In this document: piece by piece, positions 31,545-40,995 of the stretch
Numbering within the stretch: position 1 is the first letter of the stretch
Layout: every line of letters begins with the position of its first letter
Assembly: GCA_041389145.1 (NCBI GenBank)
Contig: JAWKSK010000002.1
Coordinates: 3,311 to 67,310 of the forward strand
DNA: 64,000 bases
From: Patescibacteria group bacterium
GTDB taxonomy: Bacteria; Patescibacteriota; Kazan-3B-28
Reading direction: 5' to 3'
Translations under genes and position numbers: made by a program
The notes under the pieces: model-generated
The model's database searches: none
Seen by the model: only the letters and a program-made list of their open reading frames with translations
What the model was told of the DNA's origin: nothing

Positions 31545-32225
31545 TTATACTGTAATCATATCTTTGAGTTGGTCAAACTTTGCAGTGGAGATGCCGGTTA
31601 CATTTTGGATATCTTCAATAGATGAAAAATCACCGTTAAGGATACGGTGATCGATGATTCGTTGAGCGGTGACGGGTCCAATACCAGGAAGGATGTCTAG
31701 TTGAGATGCGGTGGCGGTATTGATGTTTATCTTGCTACTTGTTACTGGTGTGGATGGGGTAGTGGCCGAAGAAGAAATGGTTGGAGTGGTGGGTTGAAGT
31801 TTATCCCCGTATTGAGGGATGTAGATTTTGGTGTGGGATTCTAGCTGTTGGGCACGGTTGATGGTTTGAGCAATTGCTTTGATATCTGCTTGATTACTAA
31901 ATCCACCAGCAGCTTTAATACCGTCTTCTACGATACTGTTGCCGGTTAGGAAATAGACTCCAGGATTGGCAACACCACCTGCAATATCTACAACTATCTG
32001 ACTATCGGTTGAGGTGGTTGAGTTTTCTAATTCTGATTCAGTAATGATTGGGATTGCATCTGGATCGGATGCAAGGCTGACTGGGGCAGGGGCCACCATG
32101 AGGTAGACGCCAAGGGCAAGGGTAAGGGTGAGAAGACCAAAAAGCCAGAAGCGATATTTAAGAAAAATTGCTTCAGCTGGACTTGGCTTAGGCTCGAGTG
32201 AAGAAGGAGAGGACTGTGTCTCCAT
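31545..32225 (-). CDS. comEA: ComEA-like DNA-binding competence protein (SLBB + tandem helix-hairpin-helix)
   Basis: N-terminal TM; C-terminal HhH pair (ASQLDILPGIGPVTAQRIIDHR and SIEDIQNVTGISTAKFDQL). Confidence 0.75.
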   Translation of the reverse strand: METQSSPSSLEPKPSPAEAIFLKYRFWLFGLLTLTLALGVYLMVAPAPVSLASDPDAIPIITESELENSTTSTDSQIVVDIAGGVANPGVYFLTGNSIVEDGIKAAGGFSNQADIKAIAQTINRAQQLESHTKIYIPQYGDKLQPTTPTISSSATTPSTPVTSSKININTATASQLDILPGIGPVTAQRIIDHRILNGDFSSIEDIQNVTGISTAKFDQLKDMITV

Positions 32226-32721
32226 AGCGTTTACGGTTTAAGAGTTTGAAGGCATCGGGATATATTGGCTCGGTGTCGTTGCGATGTTCGATGATAATGA
32301 TTCCGTTATCAGCTAGTAGACTTGGATTGTCCCAGCCGGTAATATCTAAAGCCTCTTCATACCAAGGATCGGCAAAGATGAAGTCGTAGGGGAATTGATT
32401 GGCTTCTAGGAAAGAATCAACATTCATCATTCGAATAATCGATAAATCACTAACTCCCAAATCCTGGGCGTTTTGTTTAATCAGCTGATAGTGATTTCGG
32501 TCTTTGTCGATGAAAGTGGCTCGATTGGCGCCTCGACTTAAGGCTTCAAAACCAATTGCTCCAGAACCTGCAAACAAATCTAAAAACTGCTTGTTCTGAA
32601 CACTAGGACCAAGGATGTCGAATAAGGCCTTTCTAGCAATTTCTGGACTAGGCCTGAGACTGGGAATGGTCTTGATAAAGCGACCGCTTAAGTGTCCGCC
32701 TGTGATTCTGATTCTACTCAT
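32188..32721 (-). CDS. rsmD: 16S rRNA (guanine966-N2)-methyltransferase RsmD-like
   Basis: SAM-binding motif LDLFAGSGAIGFEALSRGA and DPPY-like motif FADPWY; 177 aa. Confidence 0.75.
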   Translation of the reverse strand: MSRIRITGGHLSGRFIKTIPSLRPSPEIARKALFDILGPSVQNKQFLDLFAGSGAIGFEALSRGANRATFIDKDRNHYQLIKQNAQDLGVSDLSIIRMMNVDSFLEANQFPYDFIFADPWYEEALDITGWDNPSLLADNGIIIIEHRNDTEPIYPDAFKLLNRKRYGDTVLSFFTRA

Positions 32722-34748
32722 TATTCTGCGTGGTAGTTAGGGGTAGCTATTTCTAATTGTTCCATAAGTTGGGGGTAAAGTTCTAGGGTAGGACTTAAGT
32801 GTAGTAGTTCTTTAGCAGCTGCTTGGGCGAATTCAATGCGGGCTGGGTCGGACCAGTCTGCAAGTCTGAACTTCACAAATCCAGCCTGAGAAATTCCAGT
32901 CAGACTGCCTGGACCTCTAAGTTCGAGGTCAAGTTCGGCAAGCTTGAATCCATCTGTAGTGGTGGCAAAGAGTTCCAGACGTTCCATGATATCAGTGTCT
33001 TCTTCGGTAGGGGTGACAAAACAATATGATTGGTGGTTAGAACGACCAACCCGACCTCTGAGCTGGTGTAGTTGGGAAAGACCAAAGCGTTCTGCCCCTT
33101 CGATTAGCATGACTGTCGCGTTGGGAACATCGATACCAACTTCGATAACAGTAGTGGTGACTATAATGTCTAGTTCATGGTTTTTGAACTGTTCCATAAC
33201 TTGAGCTTTAGTGCTGGAATCTAGTCGACCATGGAGAACTCCAACGCTGTGGTTAGGGAATAGTTTACGAATTGCATCCGCTTCTTTTTCTACAGATTTT
33301 GCGTTGAGTTTAAGGCTGGTTTCAATTAATGGAGTGACGATGAATGCTTGATGTCCAAGTTTGAGTTGGTTTTTGATTTGGGTGTAGGCAGCTTTACGTT
33401 GGGAGTTGGAAATAGCTTGGGAAATGATAGGTAAGCGATGGGCAGGTGGCTGGGGAATAATAGAAAGGTCTAAATCTCCAAAGAGGGTTAGTGCGAGAGA
33501 GCGAGGAATTGGAGTAGCGGTAAGGCTGACGAAGTGAGGGTAGATATGTTTTTGTTGGTTACTACCTGCAAGTTTTAAGGCTTCGCGTTGTTTGACCCCA
33601 AAGCGATGTTGTTCGTCGACGACAACAAGGTTTAGGTTATTAAACTCAACTGTTTTGTGGATTAGCTTGTGTGTGCCAATCACAATATCGGCATTTGTGT
33701 CACCGATGGTTTTGCTTTGGGTTTGTAAACTAATAGTGAAGTTAAACTGTTCGGCTAGGGGTTGAAGATTGTAGTAGTGCTGGTGGGCAAGAACTTCGGT
33801 AGGAACCATTAAGGCTGATTGGAAGTCAAAACGAGCAGCGTTAAACATGGCTAGAGTAGCCACGATGGTTTTACCAGACCCGACGTCTCCTTCGATAAGT
33901 CGGTTGGTAGGGGTGGGCTTGTCAGTGTCTTGTAATAGGTCCCAAAGTGCCCGTTTCTGGCCGTTGGTGAGAGTGAATGGCAGATTACTAATTACATCCT
34001 TGATGAATGCAAGGTCGGTAGGGATGGGCTTAGCTTTGGAGGTGGTGAGGAAGTTTTTTCCTGCTTGGACTTGAAGCTGAACTCCCAGAAGTTCATCAAA
34101 AGCTAGACGTTCTTTGGCAGCTTCAAGTTTGGCAGTGTCAGTAGGGAGGTGAAGTTGCCTAATGGCAGTATCTAAATCTAAGAGGTTCCATTTCTTAACC
34201 AGTTGGTTAGGAAGAGGATCGACAATAGTGTCCAAATTGGGGATGAGCCGCATGAAGATGCGACGTAGAATTTTGGTGGTAAGACCACCAATACTAGAAT
34301 AGGTAGGTACTATTCTTCCTGAATGGATTGGGGTTTTTTCGGCAATTTCGACACTTGGATTGGAGAACATTAGGCCTCGTTTGCCTTGGACAAGAGCACC
34401 GGTAAGGTAGTAGTAGGTTTCGGTTTTAAGGTTTTTTACCAGGTATGGTTGATTGAACCAGGTGATGTCTACTGAACCGGTGGCGTCATGGGCAGTGGCC
34501 TGTGTAAGCACCATTCTGCGCCTGGATGTCCTAAACATCTTGGGGTTTTCGAGGGTGGCTTTGATGGTGTATTTTTGCCCATTTGGTTGTAAATCTTGGA
34601 TCTGTTGAAGTTGGGTTAGATCATCCCAGGCCCGTGGAAGGATGCGTAAAAGGTCTTGTACGGTAAGGAGACCGAGGCTTACAAGCTTCTCAGTAGTTGC
34701 GGGTCCGATACCCGGAATCTTATCTAGTCTGGCATTGGGAGATATCAC
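32721..34748 (-). CDS. recG: ATP-dependent DNA helicase RecG
   Basis: N-terminal wedge domain; helicase motifs GDVGSGKT, VVVDEQHRFG, TATPIPR, QLHQLRGRVGR. Confidence 0.95.
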   Translation of the reverse strand: MISPNARLDKIPGIGPATTEKLVSLGLLTVQDLLRILPRAWDDLTQLQQIQDLQPNGQKYTIKATLENPKMFRTSRRRMVLTQATAHDATGSVDITWFNQPYLVKNLKTETYYYLTGALVQGKRGLMFSNPSVEIAEKTPIHSGRIVPTYSSIGGLTTKILRRIFMRLIPNLDTIVDPLPNQLVKKWNLLDLDTAIRQLHLPTDTAKLEAAKERLAFDELLGVQLQVQAGKNFLTTSKAKPIPTDLAFIKDVISNLPFTLTNGQKRALWDLLQDTDKPTPTNRLIEGDVGSGKTIVATLAMFNAARFDFQSALMVPTEVLAHQHYYNLQPLAEQFNFTISLQTQSKTIGDTNADIVIGTHKLIHKTVEFNNLNLVVVDEQHRFGVKQREALKLAGSNQQKHIYPHFVSLTATPIPRSLALTLFGDLDLSIIPQPPAHRLPIISQAISNSQRKAAYTQIKNQLKLGHQAFIVTPLIETSLKLNAKSVEKEADAIRKLFPNHSVGVLHGRLDSSTKAQVMEQFKNHELDIIVTTTVIEVGIDVPNATVMLIEGAERFGLSQLHQLRGRVGRSNHQSYCFVTPTEEDTDIMERLELFATTTDGFKLAELDLELRGPGSLTGISQAGFVKFRLADWSDPARIEFAQAAAKELLHLSPTLELYPQLMEQLEIATPNYHAE

Positions 34749-34790
34749 CTTAGAATTGCTTAAAAATACGCTTCCAGAGCTAAAAAACCA

Positions 34791-34819
34791 TTGACGAAAG
34801 GTGATATTTACGATATAAT
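34791..34819 (+). promoter_or_regulatory. Near-consensus sigma-70-like promoter
   Basis: TTGACG-17 nt-TATAAT; spacer and 5' UTR bracketed by a perfect 10-bp inverted repeat (aaggtgatat ... atatcacctt). Confidence 0.5.
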
Positions 34820-34885
34820 TTAGGTAAGAGCTTGTGAGCTGGGGACAGCTATATAAGCTATATCACCTTACAATTACAGCCTACC

Positions 34886-35056
34886 ATGAAGATGCACGCA
34901 TCGATTATAGACTTTAACGGAATGCAGTTTCGCTCAGAACGTTCTATAGATGAACGACTTAGAGCTAAAACTCGTGGAAAACTATCTACCCGCAGACGTA
35001 AAAACAATGTCGCTCGAAACGTTCGCGGAACATTAGATCAAATATTAGGTTGGTAA
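34886..35056 (+). CDS. 56-aa Arg/Lys-rich small protein (below the ORF-track size cutoff)
   Basis: Read by hand: MKMHASIIDFNGMQFRSERSIDERLRAKTRGKLSTRRRKNNVARNVRGTLDQILGW. Lies between a consensus promoter and a terminator. No confident match to a ribosomal protein. Confidence 0.3.
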   Translation: MKMHASIIDFNGMQFRSERSIDERLRAKTRGKLSTRRRKNNVARNVRGTLDQILGW

Positions 35057-35091
35057 TGTAAGTTAACTATATGAAAACAGAATAAAGCGAA

Positions 35092-35120
35092 AGAGCCTGC
35101 GTATATGCAGGCTCTTTTGA
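35092..35120. terminator. Rho-independent terminator (bidirectional)
   Basis: agagcctgc gtatat gcaggctct tttgaattt. Confidence 0.55.
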
Positions 35121-35135
35121 ATTTATGGTGAAGTC

Positions 35136-35369
35136 CTAGGATTGTGCACGAATGTACGCATCCCGAAAACCCATTCTCATGGAGGTTGATTCGATAATTG
35201 GTTGCGGATGGACATCGGAGCAGTGCTGACAAACAGGTGCTAATTGAATATTAGCAATCTGGTCATTTGTGTAACCTGCTTCGATAAACTGAAGATACAA
35301 CCAATCATTACCAAGAGTCTGGACTAGTTCGGCAGCGCGCCTCCGTTGAATGCTGTTTGGCATAACCAC
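35136..35369 (-). CDS. Hypothetical small protein
   Basis: 77-aa ORF with somewhat elevated G+C; no motif. Confidence 0.3.
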   Translation of the reverse strand: MVMPNSIQRRRAAELVQTLGNDWLYLQFIEAGYTNDQIANIQLAPVCQHCSDVHPQPIIESTSMRMGFRDAYIRAQS

Positions 35370-35423
35370 ACCTCAAGGTACTTATTCAGCTTTAATGTAC
35401 TTCTAGTTTTGAGGAGAGTCAAT

Positions 35424-36617
35424 TTAAATGAGCTTCAAGAACTTACGTTTACCAACTTGGATGATTGTCTTGGTTTCTTTTTCTAATTCGAAGGTTGGAT
35501 TGGTGATTGGTTGGGAATCTAGCTTGATTCCATTTTGATTCATGAGTCTGCGACCTTCTGATTTGGAAGCGATGATATTTTGGTTAACTAGGAGGTCTAG
35601 GAGTTCTGTAGTTTTGGTTAGTTTGTAAGTTAGGATGTCGGATGGAAGCTGACCTTTTTGGAATTGGTTGATGAATGCTTGTTGAGCAGTATCGGCAGCC
35701 TTCTTGCCGTCATACATTTCTACAATGGTATGAGCGAGTTTGAGTTTGAGGTCTCTTGGGTTTTGGGATTTGAGTTGAGACTTAATTATAGCCAGTTCCT
35801 TTAGAGAAATATGAGTGGCAAGACGGAAGTAATCATAGATTGCTTCATCGTTGATTGACATGGTTTTGCCAAACTTATCTTTAGGGGTATCTGTAAGCGA
35901 AATGTAGTTGCCGAGTGATTTGCTCATCTTTTGGACTCCATCGGTGCCAACTAGAATACTTGAAGTAATGATGGCTTGTGGTTTTTGGCCGAACTTTTCT
36001 TGGTAGGTACGACCCATCATTTCGTTGAAGAGTTGATCATTACCAACGATGGTAAGGTCTGATTTGAGCATGACAGAATCGTATCCCTGGATAATTGGGT
36101 AGATCATTTCGTGCATTCTAATTTCGCGACCTGATTTGATGCGGTCCTGAAACATATCACGTTCGATGAGTTGAGCATGAGTGATTTGGGACATTAGGCT
36201 GACAAATTCTGATGTCTTCATTTTGCCAAACCAATCGTTATTGTTTTCGATTTCAAAAACAGTTTTGTTGGGTTTAAGAATTTTATTTACCTGTTTGATG
36301 TAGGTATTGGCATTCTTTTTAATTTCGGCAGGAGTAATAACTTTTCTGGTTTCGGATTTGCCGGTCGGATCACCAATTTGGGTGGTGAAGCCACCGATTA
36401 AGAAGACTACTTTATGACCCCAGTCTTGGAGTTGTCTCATCATCCAGAGGTTTACTCCATGACCAATGTGAATATCTGGTGAGGTAACATCGACACCAAA
36501 TTTAATTGTTAGTTTTTTACCGGTTTGGAGAGCAACTTTGAGTTCTTTTTCTCCGACAATAGACTCGACGCGGCGAGTTAAAAATTCATTGAGTTCTGTA
36601 GGGGTAGGTTTATGCAT
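35424..36617 (-). CDS. tyrS: Tyrosyl-tRNA synthetase
   Basis: HIGH motif (DIHIGHG), GDPTGKS, KMSKS (KMSKSLGN), C-terminal S4-like domain. Confidence 0.9.
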   Translation of the reverse strand: MHKPTPTELNEFLTRRVESIVGEKELKVALQTGKKLTIKFGVDVTSPDIHIGHGVNLWMMRQLQDWGHKVVFLIGGFTTQIGDPTGKSETRKVITPAEIKKNANTYIKQVNKILKPNKTVFEIENNNDWFGKMKTSEFVSLMSQITHAQLIERDMFQDRIKSGREIRMHEMIYPIIQGYDSVMLKSDLTIVGNDQLFNEMMGRTYQEKFGQKPQAIITSSILVGTDGVQKMSKSLGNYISLTDTPKDKFGKTMSINDEAIYDYFRLATHISLKELAIIKSQLKSQNPRDLKLKLAHTIVEMYDGKKAADTAQQAFINQFQKGQLPSDILTYKLTKTTELLDLLVNQNIIASKSEGRRLMNQNGIKLDSQPITNPTFELEKETKTIIQVGKRKFLKLI

Positions 36618-36683
36618 GACTATATTGTAACTAATTTGTGTCAGATTCGGATATTTTGTATTGTACCCAGAGCTGTAATCAGT

Positions 36684-36692
36684 TGGTATAAT
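36684..36692 (+). promoter_or_regulatory. Extended -10 promoter element upstream of the PBP1A gene
   Basis: TGGTATAAT (TGn + TATAAT). Confidence 0.4.
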
Positions 36693-36737
36693 AGGTAAGT
36701 TAATCAGAAATTAGTGGGGGTTGGGGGATATTCCCAT

Positions 36738-39257
36738 ATGAGTGAATTAATGCCATTTAGGCCAAATTATAGTCGAATTAGAAAACAGATGCGTGGGCGT
36801 CGGATTTTGCGTAGAACCCAAAAGCAGGCCTTTTCTTTATTAGGCAGATTGGGGATTAATACCTGGCCAAAGCTAGGATTGGCTGTATTTGCAGTCCTGT
36901 TTTTGGCGGTTAGTTTCTTTACAGCAGTAGCTTCAATTGGATTGCCAAACCCAGCAAGATTGGTTATTTATTCTGCTTCAGATTCTACCAAGGTGTTGGA
37001 TCGGAATGGGGTAGTGCTGTACGACATCTTTAATGAAAAGCGGAGAACTACTATTACATTGGAGGAAATTCCAGATGTATTAAAACAGGCAACAATTGCA
37101 ATTGAGGATAAAGATTTCTATCACCACAATGGTTTTGATATTAGAGGTTTCTTGCGTGGGGTTGTGTTGGCTCCGTTATCTGGAAAAGGATTCCAGGGAG
37201 GTTCAACCATTACACAGCAGTTTGTGAAGAATGCAATTATTGGGGATAGCAGAACAGTTACCCGTAAGGCAAAAGAATTAATCCTAGCCTTCCAGCTAGA
37301 ACAGATTTATTCCAAGGATAAGTTGTTGGAATTGTATTTGAATGAAATTCCATACGGTAACAGTGCCTATGGAGTAGAGGCAGCATCTCTTACCTACTTT
37401 AATAAACATGCAAAAGATTTATCTTTGCCAGAAGCGGCTGCATTAGCTGCGTTACCACAGGCACCATCCAGATATTCTCCTTGGGGTTCTCGTTCTGATC
37501 TGTGGTTAGGAAGAAAAGACACAGTATTGAATAACATGTATGACCAAGGTTACATCACCAAAGAAGAAAGAGATGAAGCTAAGGTGGCTGAGATTAAGGT
37601 ACAGCCACGTAAGGATTCGGTGAAGGCTCCTCACTTTGTGCAGTATGTACGTGAATTGTTAGCTGATAAGTATGGAGAAAAAGTATTAGAAGAAGGTGGT
37701 TTGCAAATTACCACCACTTTGGATTGGGATAAACAAAAAGCTGCTGAAGATTCCATTTCAGCAAGAGCAGAGTTCAACTTGTCTAACTACAATGCGGGCA
37801 ATGCAGCATTGGTATCGATTGATCCAAATACTGGTGAGATTCTAGCAATGGTAGGAAGCAAGGATTACTTTGATCAGGATATTGATGGATATGTAAACGT
37901 AGCGGTGGCAGAAAGACAGCCAGGTTCTTCTATCAAGCCAGTGGTATATGCAGCGGCATTCAAGAAGGGATATGGTCCGGCTACGATGCTAATGGATGTG
38001 CAGACAGATTTTGGCAATGGGTATACACCACGTAACTACGATGGTGGATTTAGAGGTCCAATTTCTATTCGGTCTGCATTGGCTAACTCCCAAAACATTC
38101 CAGCAGTTAAAGCATTGGCATATGCAGGGGTTAGAGAAACTACTGACTTAGCTCAAGATATGGGATTGTCCACTTTGGATGATCCGGAAAGATATGGATT
38201 GTCGTTAACCTTGGGTGGAGGAGAAGTGACTTTGTTAGAACTCACATCTGCCTATGGTGTGTTTGCAACTGGAGGGTTAAGAACTGAACCAGTAGCTGTG
38301 TTGAAGGTTCAAGACAAGAGAGGCAGAGTGTTAGAAGAATATCAGCCAAGTAAACCAAAGCGTGTATTGGATGCAGAGGTGGCTTACTTAATCAGCAATA
38401 TTCTTTCAGATGATCCAGCACGTGCTCAGGTGTTTGGAACTGGTGGTCCGTTAACTTTGCCTGGAAGAGTCGTGGCTGCTAAGACTGGTACCACTAACGA
38501 CTTTAAAGATGGTTGGACAGTTGGATTTACCCCAGACTTAGTAACTGGTGTATGGGCAGGTAACAATCGAAATGAATCAATGTCTGCATCGTCTGGATTG
38601 GTGGCAGCTCCAATGTGGAACTCATATATGAGAAGTGCTTTATCTGGGGTTCCAAACAAACCATTCTCAAGACCAGCTGGAATTCGTGATATTGAGGTCG
38701 ATAAGTTATCTGGATTATTGCCAAGTGATGCTACTCCAGAAACAAAGACTGAAATTTTTGCTAGCTTTGCAGTCCCTACCAAGACAGATGATGTGCATAA
38801 GAAGATTAAGGTAGCAAAAGCAGATCCAACCAAGTTGGCACCGGCTGGATTCCCACCAGATCAAATTGAGGAACGAGTATTTGTAGAACTACATTCTGAA
38901 AGACCAAATAATGCAGCTTGGGAAAACCCAGTAAAGAAATGGGCAGAAGATAATGGGTTTACCATACCAACAGAAATCTATACAGGTGGATTTGCTGACC
39001 CAGATATCACCATCCAAAGTCCATCTAATGGAGCGACTGTAAATGGACCATTTACAGTGGTGGCTAAGATCCGCGATGGAGTAGAAGTTGATAAGGTTGA
39101 ATTCGTGTTGGATGGTGAGGTGAAAGGAAGTAAGACAAGTGGACCATATCAATTAGAACTTTCTCCACCGATTGATGATTCTACTCACACAGTGCTTGTG
39201 AGATTGATAACAAAGAGTAATCAGGTGTCTACTACCGAGATACAGGTAAAAACCTAG
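36738..39257 (+). CDS. Class A penicillin-binding protein (PBP1A: glycosyltransferase + transpeptidase) with C-terminal Ig-like domain
   Basis: GT51 motifs (EDKDFYHHNG, GGSTITQQ) and transpeptidase motifs SSIKP, SxN, KTGT. Start placed at the ATG (MSELMPF); an in-frame GTG at 36714 is possible. Confidence 0.9.
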   Translation: MSELMPFRPNYSRIRKQMRGRRILRRTQKQAFSLLGRLGINTWPKLGLAVFAVLFLAVSFFTAVASIGLPNPARLVIYSASDSTKVLDRNGVVLYDIFNEKRRTTITLEEIPDVLKQATIAIEDKDFYHHNGFDIRGFLRGVVLAPLSGKGFQGGSTITQQFVKNAIIGDSRTVTRKAKELILAFQLEQIYSKDKLLELYLNEIPYGNSAYGVEAASLTYFNKHAKDLSLPEAAALAALPQAPSRYSPWGSRSDLWLGRKDTVLNNMYDQGYITKEERDEAKVAEIKVQPRKDSVKAPHFVQYVRELLADKYGEKVLEEGGLQITTTLDWDKQKAAEDSISARAEFNLSNYNAGNAALVSIDPNTGEILAMVGSKDYFDQDIDGYVNVAVAERQPGSSIKPVVYAAAFKKGYGPATMLMDVQTDFGNGYTPRNYDGGFRGPISIRSALANSQNIPAVKALAYAGVRETTDLAQDMGLSTLDDPERYGLSLTLGGGEVTLLELTSAYGVFATGGLRTEPVAVLKVQDKRGRVLEEYQPSKPKRVLDAEVAYLISNILSDDPARAQVFGTGGPLTLPGRVVAAKTGTTNDFKDGWTVGFTPDLVTGVWAGNNRNESMSASSGLVAAPMWNSYMRSALSGVPNKPFSRPAGIRDIEVDKLSGLLPSDATPETKTEIFASFAVPTKTDDVHKKIKVAKADPTKLAPAGFPPDQIEERVFVELHSERPNNAAWENPVKKWAEDNGFTIPTEIYTGGFADPDITIQSPSNGATVNGPFTVVAKIRDGVEVDKVEFVLDGEVKGSKTSGPYQLELSPPIDDSTHTVLVRLITKSNQVSTTEIQVKT

Positions 39258-39360
39258 TTTGGACATTGGTTTATACGAAATATCGTGATATGTTTGGGGC
39301 GCAACAAGTTAGTTGGGGTCGAATTAGTTATACCAGGTAACCTCATGGAGGATTACTATT

Positions 39361-39582
39361 ATGGACGAAAACATGAACAATGATGCTATGCCTCAGAATG
39401 ATGAAGGCATGATGAACAACGATGGTGACATGAACAACAACGATTCTATGCCTAACGAAGGTGACAACACCGAAATGGGTGGCGAAGGCGAAGCAAAGCC
39501 AGAAATGCCAGCTGAAGGCGAAGAAGAAGGTGGTGACATGAACACCGGTGGGGATGACATGGGTATGGATAACGCTGCTTAA
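39361..39582 (+). CDS. Highly acidic Met/Asn/Asp/Gly-rich 73-aa protein
   Basis: GGAGG RBS 10 nt upstream; own terminator downstream; repeated M-x-x-(D/N) and MxM spacing. Confidence 0.4.
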   Translation: MDENMNNDAMPQNDEGMMNNDGDMNNNDSMPNEGDNTEMGGEGEAKPEMPAEGEEEGGDMNTGGDDMGMDNAA

Positions 39583-39616
39583 GGCGCCAACTAAGTTAGA
39601 CTCAAATTATAGATAT

Positions 39617-39654
39617 AGCTGACCTCATTTACGGGGTCAGCTATATTTTGTTTG
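39617..39654 (+). terminator. Rho-independent terminator
   Basis: agctgacc tcatttacg gggtcagct atattttgtttg. Confidence 0.65.
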
Positions 39655-39713
39655 ACATAAGATATGAGATAACTAGTATATATAGAGCAAATTAGTTAAG
39701 AAAAAGGAGAAAG

Positions 39714-40994
39714 ATGCAAGTTTCTCGAGAAAATGTTTCTGGTAATAAGGTAAAGCTCACCATTACAACTGAAATGGGTGAGTGGAATGAACTATTAGAT
39801 AGTGCTGCTGCTTCATTGGGAAAGTCTGTAAAGATTGAAGGATTCCGTGAAGGCAAGGCCCCAAGAAGTGTAGTTATTAATAAAGTGGGTGAAGCCCGTG
39901 TGTTGTCGGCTGCATCTGAATTAGCAATTGAAAAGTTTTATCCACAAGCAGTTAGGGATGAAAAGTTACGTCCAATTAACTTCCCATCAGTAACTGTGGA
40001 TCAGGTAGGGTTAGATGCTCCAGTAGTATTTAGCGCCGAAGTGGCAGTAATGCCAGAAGTTACCCTTGGTGACTACACCAAGATCCGGGTAAAGAGAGAG
40101 GTTCCAGAAGTTAGTGACCAGATGGTAACTGATACTTTGGAAAGCATGCGCAAAAAGATGGCCGAATACAACGAAGTCGATCGGGAGGCCAAAGAAGGTG
40201 ACTGGACTGAAATTGATTTCACTGGCTATGTAGATGACAAAGAGTTTCCAGGTGGAGCATCTAAGAACCATCCATTGGTGATTGGGGAGAAGATGTTTAT
40301 CCCAGGTTTTGAAGAGGGACTGGTAGGAATGAAGGCTGGGGATGAAAAAGAAATTGAAGTTACCTTCCCAACTGAATACCATGCAGCAGAACTAGCAGGT
40401 AAGCCGGCTAAGTTTAAGGTGAAGTTGCACAAGGTAAAGGAAATGAGCTTACCTGAACAAGACGATGCTTTTGCTAAAAAGGCTTCTAAGTTTGAATCTT
40501 TAGATGAACTAAAGGCAGATATTCGTAAGTTCATGGAAGAGGATGCTAATAGAAGAGCAGACGAACAGGTAAGAGAAGAAGCAATTAAAGAACTAGTTAA
40601 GGTAGTGAAGTTGGAAGTTCCAGAAGAATTAGTGGAACAAGAACTAACCGCCATGCTTAACGATCTAAAAGGTAAGGTGGCAAATGCCCACATGACCTTT
40701 GAAGATTATTTGGGTAAGGCTGGTACTAATGAAGCAGGCCTTAAATCTCAGTGGAGAGAACAAGCTGTGGATAGAGTAAAGGCTGGCCTTGCCTTAGATG
40801 CATTGGCCACTAAAGAAGATATCCAAGTAACTCATGATGAAGTTCATGTAGAGTTGGATAAGTTAAAGGCCCAGTATCCAGACCAAGCTGAAGAAATTGA
40901 AAAACACTATGGTGGACATAATCATGGCCACTTGGAAAGTCAGCTAAGAACTAGAAAGGTAGTAGATAGGCTGATTGAGATAGCTGGACAGTGA
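39714..40994 (+). CDS. tig: Trigger factor
   Basis: N-terminal ribosome-binding domain, central FKBP-type PPIase domain (FTGYVDDKEFPGG...IPGFEEGLVGMKAGDEK), C-terminal helical domain. Confidence 0.9.
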   Translation: MQVSRENVSGNKVKLTITTEMGEWNELLDSAAASLGKSVKIEGFREGKAPRSVVINKVGEARVLSAASELAIEKFYPQAVRDEKLRPINFPSVTVDQVGLDAPVVFSAEVAVMPEVTLGDYTKIRVKREVPEVSDQMVTDTLESMRKKMAEYNEVDREAKEGDWTEIDFTGYVDDKEFPGGASKNHPLVIGEKMFIPGFEEGLVGMKAGDEKEIEVTFPTEYHAAELAGKPAKFKVKLHKVKEMSLPEQDDAFAKKASKFESLDELKADIRKFMEEDANRRADEQVREEAIKELVKVVKLEVPEELVEQELTAMLNDLKGKVANAHMTFEDYLGKAGTNEAGLKSQWREQAVDRVKAGLALDALATKEDIQVTHDEVHVELDKLKAQYPDQAEEIEKHYGGHNHGHLESQLRTRKVVDRLIEIAGQ

Positions 40995-40995
40995 T

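Noticed and set aside
34886-35056. Assignment of the 56-aa basic sORF to ribosomal protein bL34, bS21, bL28 or bL35
   Set aside because: Compared by eye with the consensus of each; only generic Arg/Lys richness is shared and none of the family-specific motifs (for example the bL34 KRTFQPS or bS21 ALRRFKR motifs) is present. Left as unknown.
38426-40693. Antisense ORFs inside the PBP1A and tig genes (38426-38833, 38527-38724, 38889-39152, 40011-40382, 40226-40693)
   Set aside because: They overlap well-supported coding regions on the opposite strand and have low-complexity translations.
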